Virus record (IMG/VR): IMGVR_UViG_3300030419_004471
Location: 149,602 to 213,601 of that record
Reading direction: 5' to 3' (one strand)
Length of the DNA stretch: 64,000 bases
The notes under the pieces were generated by a model that was not told the origin of the DNA, made no database searches, and was given only the letters and a program-made list of their open reading frames with translations. Positions 29,029 through 38,536 of this stretch are shown piece after piece. The position numbers were made by a program, and so were the translations under genes. How positions within the stretch are numbered: position 1 is the stretch's first letter; every line of letters starts with the position of its first letter.

Positions 29029-29533
29029 ATTTTACTATTCGTTCACAATCCCACCTAAACCATCTTGTTACCTGTTTTTGAGATGGATAACATTCTTTGA
29101 GTATATTACCTTTTAATTTTTTTGTATCTTCATCAAGTGGTTGTTTATAACAAGTATCAAATACCCATAATTTTTCAGGGCATAACCTACTCATTACATT
29201 ATGAGTTCCAATATGTCTATAATGACCATATTCACCACCTTGATTATGTGTTACTACTTTTTCCCAATTCCTTTCGTTCAAAACTCGTTCCAAACGAGGA
29301 ATCAAAATCGATTCATTATATGCTGTGGAAGATTTGTAAGGTTCTCCATCCCAATGTTCCCATTTCTCTACTCCCAACATTTCCATCGCTTTGATGAATT
29401 CTTTATGTCTTATTAAGTGGTTTCCATAATCTAATACAACCACTTTGTATTCATTTGGATGTTTAATTAACTCTCCACCACCAAATAGTGTCTCATCATC
29501 TGGATGAGCAACTACCATTAATTTGTTAATCAC
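29012..29533 (-). CDS. PIG-L/LmbE-family deacetylase
   Basis: VAHPDDE, R..EF, VTHN..GEYGHYRH. Confidence 0.88.
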   Translation of the reverse strand: MINKLMVVAHPDDETLFGGGELIKHPNEYKVVVLDYGNHLIRHKEFIKAMEMLGVEKWEHWDGEPYKSSTAYNESILIPRLERVLNERNWEKVVTHNQGGEYGHYRHIGTHNVMSRLCPEKLWVFDTCYKQPLDEDTKKLKGNILKECYPSQKQVTRWFRWDCERIVKYEKIP

Positions 29534-29536
29534 ATC

Positions 29537-29568
29537 TAAATATAGACAATTTTTAGGAAAAATCCAAG
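29537..29568 (-). promoter_or_regulatory. Bacteroidota sigma70-type promoter (PIG-L operon)
   Basis: CTTG-N20-TATATTTA. Confidence 0.7.
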
Positions 29569-29574
29569 GAAAAT

Positions 29575-30330
29575 TTAAGATATTTTTGCAGAACCTACAT
29601 CAATTGGTTCTCTTTTCATATGATTTCCTTTAGCGAAGTTTGCACCTTCTTTGATATAACCAGTTAAGAATGCTCTTCTGAATCTTTTTGAAGTGTTTGG
29701 TTCTGAACCGTGTACTACATTTGAATGAAGTAATGCAACCTGTCCTTTCCTTAGATACCCATCTATATGTGGAAAATTATGGTCATCTGGTAATACACAA
29801 GGTTTTCCTCTTTCGTTCCTCCAATTCTTAGGATTTGAACCAGCTCTTTCTTCATCTACTTCTATTGGTAATCTACCTAAGTGATGAGAACCTTCCAAAT
29901 ACCAAACAGAACCATTGTTAGGGTCGTGATTATCAAGTGCAATAGAAACATTAACTATTTCATTTGCATTACATTGTGTATAGAATATGTTTTGATGTTG
30001 GTCTCTTCCTAATTGACCTGGTGGTTTGAAGTATGCCCAAGTTTGTACTCCAAATATTTTAGAATTCATCAGAAACTCACACGCTTCTATAATCTTAGGA
30101 TGTTTCATTAAACCAGTTAGAACCTTTGATTCTTTGTGTGGATACATATATGGGTCATATTCTCCCCATTCACCTTCTGTATCATTTTCTTGTCTTTTAA
30201 CTCTGACTCTTTCTAATTCATCTCCTATAGCATCAGCTTCTGATTCTGTTAAGAGGTTTAAAATAGATACTCCTTTGTATCTCCAGTCAAATTGTAATTG
30301 TTGTTTTTCTAATTCGGTAAGATAACTCAT
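29575..30330 (-). CDS. PhyH/EctD-family Fe(II)/2-oxoglutarate dioxygenase
   Basis: YFKPPG...HQN, IALD...NG...GSH, HSNVVHGS.PN.S.RFRR. Confidence 0.88.
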   Translation of the reverse strand: MSYLTELEKQQLQFDWRYKGVSILNLLTESEADAIGDELERVRVKRQENDTEGEWGEYDPYMYPHKESKVLTGLMKHPKIIEACEFLMNSKIFGVQTWAYFKPPGQLGRDQHQNIFYTQCNANEIVNVSIALDNHDPNNGSVWYLEGSHHLGRLPIEVDEERAGSNPKNWRNERGKPCVLPDDHNFPHIDGYLRKGQVALLHSNVVHGSEPNTSKRFRRAFLTGYIKEGANFAKGNHMKREPIDVGSAKIS

Positions 30331-30363
30331 ATAACTTTAATTTATGTTGTATATGTATATATA

Positions 30364-30720
30364 TTAGTTTTTTGAATATTCCAATAAATTTACTAATCTA
30401 TTTTTTAATTGTGGCATTACTTTCAATTGTTCACCAATACTAGCTTTGTTGGATTTTTTGATTTCTTCTTTAGTTCCAGTAATTCTCCATTTTAAACTTG
30501 CAACTCTAAATAGTGGATTTCCTCTTAGTATCGCAAACCTGTCACTGGATACTTCTGAAATTGGTGATAAATTATCATTTGTTTTTTGTGCAAATCGTCT
30601 TACAATATATCCTCTATTAATATCGTATTTTGAAATTTTAGGAATATGTGGTTTTATCTCAGCTGAAAGCTTTATATTTCTTGATACAGTTAATCCTTTA
30701 TATTGTTCGTTATTATCCAT
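30364..30720 (-). CDS. hypothetical baseplate-region protein
   Basis: Coupled to the upstream hub-like gene; DINRGYIVRRF...LKWRITG. Confidence 0.65.
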   Translation of the reverse strand: MDNNEQYKGLTVSRNIKLSAEIKPHIPKISKYDINRGYIVRRFAQKTNDNLSPISEVSSDRFAILRGNPLFRVASLKWRITGTKEEIKKSNKASIGEQLKVMPQLKNRLVNLLEYSKN

Positions 30721-33038
30721 TATGCTTTAGGTCTAAATTGCCCCTCTATTGTTGTTTTCCAATTCATACCATCTATCGAATGTTCTACAGATGTAGTAGT
30801 AAATTCTCCGGTTCTAGTATATTTCTCAGGAATACCAGTTATTGTGAATGTATCCCCAAATGCTATACCACTATTACCGTGTATATCAAAATTATATTTT
30901 ACTGTTCCCATTAACGGACCTGTTCCTTTGATTGCTTTTCCGTCTGAATCATAATTTGGATTATCTTTTGTTTGATTTTTCTTCCATAACATTTCATCAT
31001 CATATGTTGGGAACATTATTACAGAATCTAAATCTGTAGTATCTAAATCTATATGACCATCTTTTACGGATGGATATGCTCCTATCTTTTCTAAGAAAGA
31101 GTTGTACAAATCAGCTTTATCTTTTTCGGGAATATCACTTTCTACATCCTCCATTGGTTTTGTATCATCTTTATTTACTGCAGCTTTAGCATTATGTAAA
31201 TCTAATACAGAATCTCTAAATGTGGGTTGATTAAATAATGCATTGTTAGTTTCTCTCTCATCCGCATCTCCAGATATATTAGCTGCTCCACCATCGGCAG
31301 CTTTTCTATCAGCTATTATAGAACTTGCCATATCTCCAGGTAAATCTATATCTAATGTACCTCCTAAGAAAAATGATTGTTCACCATTATGTACAAATGG
31401 TGTTGGTGAAGATTCTTCGTGAGTTGTACACGCCATATCAACTACTTGTAGACATCTCTGTCCTTGTTTTAAATCCATTATAGCTTCAGGAGCAGCTGAT
31501 TCTACTATTTCAAACTTCCATAAGTTACCACAAGCTGCTGACATACCATTTAATATTTCCATTAAAACATCTCTATATGTTGTTGATTCTTTTTCTAATA
31601 CCCCAATGATAAAATCCATATTAACATAAAGATTATCTAAATATCCCCAAGTATTTGCATCTCTAGCTATTGTTCTAAATCCATGCTCTGTAGGTTCTAA
31701 TTGTCTTGAAGCTAAAGCTGTTGGTTCTGGGAATTGTACAGCTATATTTCCTGATTCATCTCTTTGTGCGCAAGGATTCGGTGGATTTTTTTTCTGTTCT
31801 TGTGTTCCTTCACTTATTATTTCAAGAAATCCAAAATCAGGACAATTTTCATTTGGTACTAACAATACATCTTTTTTAGTTGAAAACATACTTTTAAATC
31901 CACCACAAACTGTCCATTCTGTAAATATTTTTATTGGATAATTATTAGGTCCAACTTGGAATCCCTTTTCTAACATTATTTTATCGTTAGTATCTAATAC
32001 TTTCTTTATTACAGAAAATTTAACAAATCTTTCCGTTCCAATTAAATCCGTACCATTTGGTATTTCTAATTGTGAACCATTTAACTGAACATCATTTGTG
32101 AAAATCCACCAACCACCTTCTGATTCACCACCTAATTTATTTCTAGTTGAAGTATTGAAATTTATATAATTTTCTTCTTTACTAAGTTCACCAGCTAAAG
32201 CTTTTATTGCAGCTGTTTGTTTATGATTTGGTAATGAATTAAAGAAATATCTCCAATTTTTTTCTCCTGCTGTTAGGCTTGATGTACTTTTTTTCCCTAA
32301 GTCAGCATATTTTAAACCTGGTGTTGGTTGTTTCTCTTTAGAATCATCATCATCACCTTTATCAGATGATATAATAGGTTTTGTAGTTTGAATCATTCCC
32401 GGCATATTACCCATACCTTTGATGGTTACATCCAATTTATAAACATCACCATCACTTCCTACTTTAAATCCAGTTATAAATCCTAAAATAGCGTTATAAT
32501 CTCCTTGTGAATCTTTTCTTTTTTTCAAAAGTAAATTGAAATCCATACCCACATTTGCAATAGCTTCTGTATTTAAATCAATTAATTCATTATGAGCTCT
32601 ATGTAAATCCCAACCAAACTCAACCAATATAGTATGACCTGGTTCACCAAAATATTTTTGAAGTACATCTACTTGACCACTTGTATATGCATCTATTGTG
32701 AAGTTACATTCTCTAGCTAATCCCCAATCATTATCCTTTAAAGTTAATCCACTAATTGTTGGAGATGGTCTTATTCCTCTATCTTCGCCTTGTACCGTAA
32801 CTGGCTCTCCTGCCCAATTTAATCCAACTACACCAGGAGAATCTGCAGTTCCATAAACCGAACTGGTACTACCAAATAGAGGTAAATCAGGATTTGATTG
32901 TAAAACCAATCCTTCTCCAGAATTACCAATTACTCGTATCCATGCATTTAATCTAGTTGTATAGTGTGCTTCTCTCTTTCTATAAAGATTATCTACAACC
33001 CATTCTGGTATCGCTCTGTATGCTGGCCATTTGCTCAT
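30720..33038 (-). CDS. baseplate hub-like tail protein (putative)
   Basis: Follows the LysM and tube-initiator genes; C-terminal GIAFGDTF.ITGIP...TSVEHSIDG..WKTTI typical of hub proteins. Confidence 0.6.
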   Translation of the reverse strand: MSKWPAYRAIPEWVVDNLYRKREAHYTTRLNAWIRVIGNSGEGLVLQSNPDLPLFGSTSSVYGTADSPGVVGLNWAGEPVTVQGEDRGIRPSPTISGLTLKDNDWGLARECNFTIDAYTSGQVDVLQKYFGEPGHTILVEFGWDLHRAHNELIDLNTEAIANVGMDFNLLLKKRKDSQGDYNAILGFITGFKVGSDGDVYKLDVTIKGMGNMPGMIQTTKPIISSDKGDDDDSKEKQPTPGLKYADLGKKSTSSLTAGEKNWRYFFNSLPNHKQTAAIKALAGELSKEENYINFNTSTRNKLGGESEGGWWIFTNDVQLNGSQLEIPNGTDLIGTERFVKFSVIKKVLDTNDKIMLEKGFQVGPNNYPIKIFTEWTVCGGFKSMFSTKKDVLLVPNENCPDFGFLEIISEGTQEQKKNPPNPCAQRDESGNIAVQFPEPTALASRQLEPTEHGFRTIARDANTWGYLDNLYVNMDFIIGVLEKESTTYRDVLMEILNGMSAACGNLWKFEIVESAAPEAIMDLKQGQRCLQVVDMACTTHEESSPTPFVHNGEQSFFLGGTLDIDLPGDMASSIIADRKAADGGAANISGDADERETNNALFNQPTFRDSVLDLHNAKAAVNKDDTKPMEDVESDIPEKDKADLYNSFLEKIGAYPSVKDGHIDLDTTDLDSVIMFPTYDDEMLWKKNQTKDNPNYDSDGKAIKGTGPLMGTVKYNFDIHGNSGIAFGDTFTITGIPEKYTRTGEFTTTSVEHSIDGMNWKTTIEGQFRPKA

Positions 33039-33054
33039 TTTTCATCTTTTAAGT

Positions 33055-33858
33055 TTACCAAGCTTTACAACTCCAATATCTAGCCTTATGTCTTGGGCCT
33101 GGATTATCACAATTGTGTCTTGCTCTGAATGCTTTTCTTCTTGAAGGAATATCTTTTTGAATCTGCATTGTTTTTTGACCTGCTTTTTTTGCGGAAGTTC
33201 CACCGTGTCCAAAGTTTACTTTTACTACATTTCCTTTTGGATTTTTTACATATACTTTAAATTTCTTTACATCACCTCTCATTGGTTTGTTTAATTTAAC
33301 TTTTCTTCCTTGATATTCTGCTTCATTGATTTCAGATTTTAAAGTTTTCATAAATTCTATAAATTCTTTTATATCTTGCTGATTAACAACATCATATTCA
33401 CCGATTTGTTCTTTTTTCCAACCACCACCAGCTGCTTTATATTTTTTAGCTGCCCAAGCATTTGCATAAGCTGATGGATATACATCAAACTTCTTTTTAG
33501 CTTGAGATTTATAATAAGACCATTTAGATGGATTTGTTGGTACATTTTTTTCTAAAAATAATTCTAATTTTTCTTGTATTTCTTTTTTTGTCTTTACCAT
33601 AATCGGTTTCCTTCCTTGTCCTGGTTGGTTTTTACCACCTCTACCAGCTTTGTTTTGTGCTGCTCTTTTTCTACGAGTTGCAGATTCTTTTTCTTTCTTA
33701 CTCATACTACGAGCTTTACTAGCAGGAACACATTTTGCATATCCCCTTTTGTCTCCACTTGTTCCACATTCAGGATGTTTTCCTGATTTATCTTTTTTTC
33801 CAATGTTTACCCATTTCTGTTTAAACCACTTTCTTAAATCTTCGTGTACACTATGCAT
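33055..33858 (-). CDS. basic multi-module phage protein (DUF5872-like modules)
   Basis: Three K/R/W/C-rich modules: LRKWFKQKWV..., AKKKFDVYPSAYAN..., RKAFRARHNC...ARYWSCKAW. Confidence 0.7.
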   Translation of the reverse strand: MHSVHEDLRKWFKQKWVNIGKKDKSGKHPECGTSGDKRGYAKCVPASKARSMSKKEKESATRRKRAAQNKAGRGGKNQPGQGRKPIMVKTKKEIQEKLELFLEKNVPTNPSKWSYYKSQAKKKFDVYPSAYANAWAAKKYKAAGGGWKKEQIGEYDVVNQQDIKEFIEFMKTLKSEINEAEYQGRKVKLNKPMRGDVKKFKVYVKNPKGNVVKVNFGHGGTSAKKAGQKTMQIQKDIPSRRKAFRARHNCDNPGPRHKARYWSCKAW

Positions 33859-34150
33859 TACTAGTCTCCTTTCTTACAATTTCTGTAAAATCTTTTGGTA
33901 TTCTTAAAATAGTACCATCTGTTAATCCTAACTTAGCATCGTGTATATTATTAGCGTTAGCTATAATCCACCAATAAGCAGGAGTTCCATAATATTGTTT
34001 TGATAATAAATCTAATCTATCACCAGTTTGTGTAGCAACATATATATCATCATTCTTTAAAGGTATTCTTTTTAACCTCTTAGATTTATATACAGTCTTT
34101 CCATCTGTACTCTTTTTTGTTATATTTTTGTGATATCTACTAATTGCCAT
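33851..34150 (-). CDS. LysM-domain baseplate wedge protein (gp53-like)
   Basis: GDRLDLLSKQYYG...WWIIANAN...G..LRIP. Confidence 0.85.
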   Translation of the reverse strand: MAISRYHKNITKKSTDGKTVYKSKRLKRIPLKNDDIYVATQTGDRLDLLSKQYYGTPAYWWIIANANNIHDAKLGLTDGTILRIPKDFTEIVRKETSNA

Positions 34151-34164
34151 TTTTATTATAAATA

Positions 34165-35859
34165 TTATCCACTTGTATTATATGTTAAAGGTGTAAACCC
34201 ATATAAATTTTCTCTTCTTTCAGTATTTCTTCTTTGTTCTAAAAACTTCATTGTTATTGAAACTTCTACTAAATGTGGTAATTTGTATCCTTTTTCTACT
34301 GTTGGTACATTTTTTACACCAGCTTTTTCAAAAAATGCAGCACTTGATTCATATTCTTTAACTTGTTCTGTAGTTCCATCTAACTGCCAATTAGAATTAT
34401 CAGGAACAGTATATTGTAATGATTCAATAAAAGCTTCTCTCTTTTTATATAAATCACCTAAAGTAAAATATAAAAGTGGTGCTCTTACTGAACCAATTGA
34501 AGATTGATAACCTGATTTAATATCTGGATTACCTAATGGATATGTTAAAGATGTTAAAAATCCAATCTTACTCCAATTATTAAGTAATTCTTTTGAATTC
34601 ATTGGATATATTGTAAAATTAAAAGTAACACTTCTTTCTACACCATCATATGTGTAAAAATTAAATGGGTTACCACTAAATTTAGCTCCTGCCCAAGATG
34701 GAGATACCGTTTCTGAAAGTCCTGTAATAGTTCCTCTGAAGTTTACAGTTTCATCAGTAACAACACTTTGAAATTTTAATGGTACAAAATCCCAGTCATC
34801 TATTGATTTATTATTAATTTTTAAATCTTCTGAAGTATAGATTCCAGTTTGATTTATTGCATCATCTGTGTTTGTAAATCCTTTATCAGAAATTAATTTG
34901 TTTCCTAACTCATCCTTCTCAGTACTGAATTTATTTTCTTCATTAAACTTTACTGAATCAACATTTGTTTTTATATTAACACCTTCTGCTCCATCTTTTG
35001 TTACTTGTTTACCAAGAGCGTCTTTCCCAGTAACTTGTACATATCCTTTTCCAACTCTTAAAGCAGCTAATTGGGCTTCAGGTGTTTCGTATTTGATGTA
35101 AGTACTACTTTTTTCATCTATATTTAATTTATTTTCTAATGCTTTTTCTGAATATGTAGTACCTGTTACACTTTCAAAAATACCAGGTGATGGTTTTGTC
35201 TCTTTTTCCTTATATGGTTCTTTTTTACCAAATCTACTTTTTAAATTATTTTTAAAACTACTATCATTAAATAATGTATCTCTAAGTGTATCCTTTGCTT
35301 CTTTTAGTAATTTACCAGCTGCTTGTTGAGCAATTGTCTTTGGAGTTCCACCACTTAATAGTCCACCAATAAAACTTCCTTGTGCACCTCTTTTTATTTT
35401 TATTAGTCTTTCTTCATAACCTGATTGAACACCAAGCGTTGGGTCATTTAGTGTACCACCACGACCAAATTTATCACTAGCTTTTGTTACTGCATCATTA
35501 GCAAGTTTTGCTAATCCTTTTAATTCATCACCATCACCACCACCAGCTTTTTTTGTATATGAACTTGGTATAAGAGTTTGAGGTACACCTAATGTAGAGT
35601 TAACTACAGTTCTTAGATTTTTTATCGTACCACCAATTAAACCACCATCACCTTCATCGGTACGCATCTTATCCATATCAGGTGTTGAACGAAGAGCTAT
35701 ACGAGTAGCTTCGTTGCCATATATTAATGGATTGTTAAGTTCTACTGCAGATTTTACTCTAACACCAGTAAGTTCTTGCTCAACACCAGTCAATCTATCT
35801 GGTTTTACTTGTTTATCTAATCCTGCTCCCCTAAATAATTCTAATATTGTTCTTCCCAT
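34165..35859 (-). CDS. tail tube initiator / baseplate protein (gp48/gp54-like C-terminal domain)
   Basis: FRGTITGLSETVSPSW...YTYDGVERSVTFNF; located between TMP and LysM genes. Confidence 0.65.
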   Translation of the reverse strand: MGRTILELFRGAGLDKQVKPDRLTGVEQELTGVRVKSAVELNNPLIYGNEATRIALRSTPDMDKMRTDEGDGGLIGGTIKNLRTVVNSTLGVPQTLIPSSYTKKAGGGDGDELKGLAKLANDAVTKASDKFGRGGTLNDPTLGVQSGYEERLIKIKRGAQGSFIGGLLSGGTPKTIAQQAAGKLLKEAKDTLRDTLFNDSSFKNNLKSRFGKKEPYKEKETKPSPGIFESVTGTTYSEKALENKLNIDEKSSTYIKYETPEAQLAALRVGKGYVQVTGKDALGKQVTKDGAEGVNIKTNVDSVKFNEENKFSTEKDELGNKLISDKGFTNTDDAINQTGIYTSEDLKINNKSIDDWDFVPLKFQSVVTDETVNFRGTITGLSETVSPSWAGAKFSGNPFNFYTYDGVERSVTFNFTIYPMNSKELLNNWSKIGFLTSLTYPLGNPDIKSGYQSSIGSVRAPLLYFTLGDLYKKREAFIESLQYTVPDNSNWQLDGTTEQVKEYESSAAFFEKAGVKNVPTVEKGYKLPHLVEVSITMKFLEQRRNTERRENLYGFTPLTYNTSG

Positions 35860-37961
35860 TATTCTCGTTCTCCGTAATTGTTAGATTGGCTTCTTGATAC
35901 TACTTTAGAAACCCCGTCTGTAACTTTTTTACCATCCATATTTACAACAACCTGTAAATTTCTAATATCTTCACCTAAAGTATTTATAGCTGCTACTACT
36001 GCTCTATTATCTCCACCACCTCCACCTCTATTACCAAATAAACCACCAAATAAACCTGGAGCTGCTACTAAATCATCATTATCCGATAATTGGAACAATC
36101 CTCCTTCTTTAGTAGATACTTGTGTTTTACCATCAGCAGGAGATGCCATATCACCAGCTTCACCATATAGTTTACTAAATCCAGTTCCTATAATAGCGGC
36201 TGCTGTAGCAGCACCCAAAATCGGTCCTACTATTGGTATCCAAGCTAATGCACCATATGCTGCATATGCAGCCATTAATATCATAGCTGCTGCCACCAAT
36301 TTTATCATTCCCGCAAAAGGGCCTAAAGCATCTGCCCATCCTCTAATATAGTCTGCAACAGTTCCAACCATAGTAATCATCGAAGTAAAAAAACCTACTA
36401 TACCACTAACAACCCACATTACTCCTTCTAAAGCTGGCATAACACCTTCCATTATTGGTGCAAATGCCAATACTAATTGAGTACCTATTTCTGAAAATGA
36501 GTTCGCTACATTATCTAATACTGATTGCATTTCTTTTTGGTCTTTAATTTTTTGTGTTTGATTTGCTAAATCAGTTTTTGAAATATTATTTAAATCTTTA
36601 CCAGAAGCGATAAGTGCATCATAAGCAGCTTGTTGGTCTGCATTCATTTTACCAAACTTTTGCCTTACATTAAGTTGATTTTGTATTTCACTAAACTCCA
36701 TACCAGCAGCTTCAGCTAATTTCTGCTTTTGGAAGTAATTTAAATTATCTAAATCAATTGTACCTTGTATTTGGTCTAATACTGCTTGTTGTGATTTAAC
36801 TATATCACCAGTAGCTGCTAATTCTCTAGCTCTGTTAAAATTAACTGATTGTCCTAACATAGCAGATGCTTCTAATTCAGCGTTAATACTATTATTAAAA
36901 TCTAATAATCCTTCTGCTACTTTAGATGCCTGACCTATTGATGTTCCTAATCTTGCTGCTTGAACTGCTGCTTTGGTTAAATCTTGTACTGAACCTGAGA
37001 AATGCATTGCTGCTGCTTCTGAGTTTTCAGCTATATCTTTTATTACTTTTGATGGAGCTACTCCAGCAGCTGCAGCTAATTGTGTAGTAAATTCAACTTG
37101 ATATTGTGCAGCTTCGGCAGATAATCCTCCTAATTGTTGGAATATAGAATTTAATTTTGCTCCATCTGCAGCTGCTACTCCGAAGTTCTTTTCCAATGCA
37201 ACTGTACTTTCTAATACTTCTTTTGATGGTTTTCCTATTCCTTCAAATTCATTAATAAATGCTGCAGCTGCCTTACCCACATCTTCCATTGATGCACCTA
37301 AACCTGCCGTACCTTTTGTTACTGCAGCTATATCACCTTTTAATCCTTTAGTTTGGGAGTTTAATAAACCTGTTTCTTCTCTAACTGCCTTTGCAGCTCC
37401 TTCTAATTTTTGAAACCCAACAAAAGCTAATGCTAATGCCGCGAGTAATCCCATAGCAATAAACATAGGTCCTAATTTTGCAAGCATACCTGACATTGAT
37501 TTTAATGAAGCAGTTCCTCCTGCTACACCAGCTCGAAAAGATTTGAAGAATCCAGCCCCTCCTTTTTGTGCAGCTTGAAATGATGATGTAAATCTACTAC
37601 TGAATCTATGTGCAGCTACATCAAATACTCTACCTGCTTTTGCTGCAAATGGGTCAAATACTTTTCCTAATGATGTACCAATTACTGGAACATCTTTTAC
37701 CATATCGCCTATTTTTTCTAATCCAGCTTTGAATCCTTCTGCTGTTTCTTTTGCTTTTTTATTTACAGATGTTAATACTGCATTTTGTTGTTTAGTTGCT
37801 TTAAGAGCTGCTCTAAGGGCTTTAGCTTTTTCTATTTGATTTTTCTTAACGGCACCACTAGTTTTTTCTATAATTTTCTCACTTGCTAAAATTTCAGCAT
37901 TAAGTGAAGAAATCTGTTTTAAGTTTTCTATTTGCCCTATGTAGTCTTGTTCTCTTGCCAT
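35859..37961 (-). CDS. tape measure protein
   Basis: 700 aa, Ala/Gly-rich helical, hydrophobic C-terminal stretches; downstream of tube and chaperone. Confidence 0.85.
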   Translation of the reverse strand: MAREQDYIGQIENLKQISSLNAEILASEKIIEKTSGAVKKNQIEKAKALRAALKATKQQNAVLTSVNKKAKETAEGFKAGLEKIGDMVKDVPVIGTSLGKVFDPFAAKAGRVFDVAAHRFSSRFTSSFQAAQKGGAGFFKSFRAGVAGGTASLKSMSGMLAKLGPMFIAMGLLAALALAFVGFQKLEGAAKAVREETGLLNSQTKGLKGDIAAVTKGTAGLGASMEDVGKAAAAFINEFEGIGKPSKEVLESTVALEKNFGVAAADGAKLNSIFQQLGGLSAEAAQYQVEFTTQLAAAAGVAPSKVIKDIAENSEAAAMHFSGSVQDLTKAAVQAARLGTSIGQASKVAEGLLDFNNSINAELEASAMLGQSVNFNRARELAATGDIVKSQQAVLDQIQGTIDLDNLNYFQKQKLAEAAGMEFSEIQNQLNVRQKFGKMNADQQAAYDALIASGKDLNNISKTDLANQTQKIKDQKEMQSVLDNVANSFSEIGTQLVLAFAPIMEGVMPALEGVMWVVSGIVGFFTSMITMVGTVADYIRGWADALGPFAGMIKLVAAAMILMAAYAAYGALAWIPIVGPILGAATAAAIIGTGFSKLYGEAGDMASPADGKTQVSTKEGGLFQLSDNDDLVAAPGLFGGLFGNRGGGGGDNRAVVAAINTLGEDIRNLQVVVNMDGKKVTDGVSKVVSRSQSNNYGERE

Positions 37962-37974
37962 AGTTAGCTATTAC

Positions 37975-38235
37975 TTATTTTATTCCAAATTGTTTCATAG
38001 CTTTTGCTAACGCTGGAGATGGTTTTAAACCTTTGGCTTTCATCTTAGCGGTTGCTTTTTTTAAATCATCTAAAGCTTTATCACCATCTGCTAAAGCTTG
38101 TTGAAGTGATTTATCTTTAGCCAATACTTTTTGAATTTTTCTTTTGAAAAAATTAACTAAAAATCCTTCTCTTTTTAGATTGTGTTTTTTAACAATATTA
38201 GAGAATAGTATCTTATCGTTTTCGTTTATTTTCAT
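37975..38235 (-). CDS. small basic hypothetical protein (MKINE...)
   Basis: Own late-type motif (38269) and AGGAG; very Lys-rich. Confidence 0.75.
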   Translation of the reverse strand: MKINENDKILFSNIVKKHNLKREGFLVNFFKRKIQKVLAKDKSLQQALADGDKALDDLKKATAKMKAKGLKPSPALAKAMKQFGIK

Positions 38236-38282
38236 AGTTTTTCTCCTTTGTGGGTATTTTTATACAACTATAAATATAAAGT

Positions 38283-38312
38283 AAAAAAAAAGTGAGGAAT
38301 TATCTCCTCACT
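38283..38312 (-). terminator. intrinsic terminator after the GT chaperone
   Basis: 8-bp stem AGTGAGGA/TCCTCACT (38291-38312) followed by a U run on the minus strand. Confidence 0.8.
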
Positions 38313-38536
38313 CTTATGTTTGGTTTTCTGACATTTGGTGATGATTTTTTCATCGCCTTATCATGCTCTTCTTTCTCTTTTTTCTTTGCCTCTCCAAGTT
38401 TTTTATAATGAAACATTCTAATATGAACAGGCATTTGATACACATCATTAAATGTGAAACCATTTCCATAGTAGCACATTTCAAATATTTGATTATGTAG
38501 TTGAGATGAGTAGTTACTCGGTAGGGTAAAAAAACC
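38300..38536 (-). CDS. frameshifted T segment of the tail assembly chaperone (GT fusion)
   Basis: Open frame starts right after a TAG at the GGG-T7 run and reads GFFTLPSNYSSQLHNQIFEMCYYGNGF...RVRR; first ATG is about 20 codons in. Confidence 0.75.
   Translation of the reverse strand, partial: GFFTLPSNYSSQLHNQIFEMCYYGNGFTFNDVYQMPVHIRMFHYKKLGEAKKKEKEEHDKAMKKSSPNVRKPNIRVRR

Noticed and set aside
38420-38536. Classical -1 frameshift product of the tail chaperone
   Set aside because: The -1 frame gives a shorter peptide with no protein-like features, whereas the +1 frame opens exactly at the slippery run and ends at the terminator.
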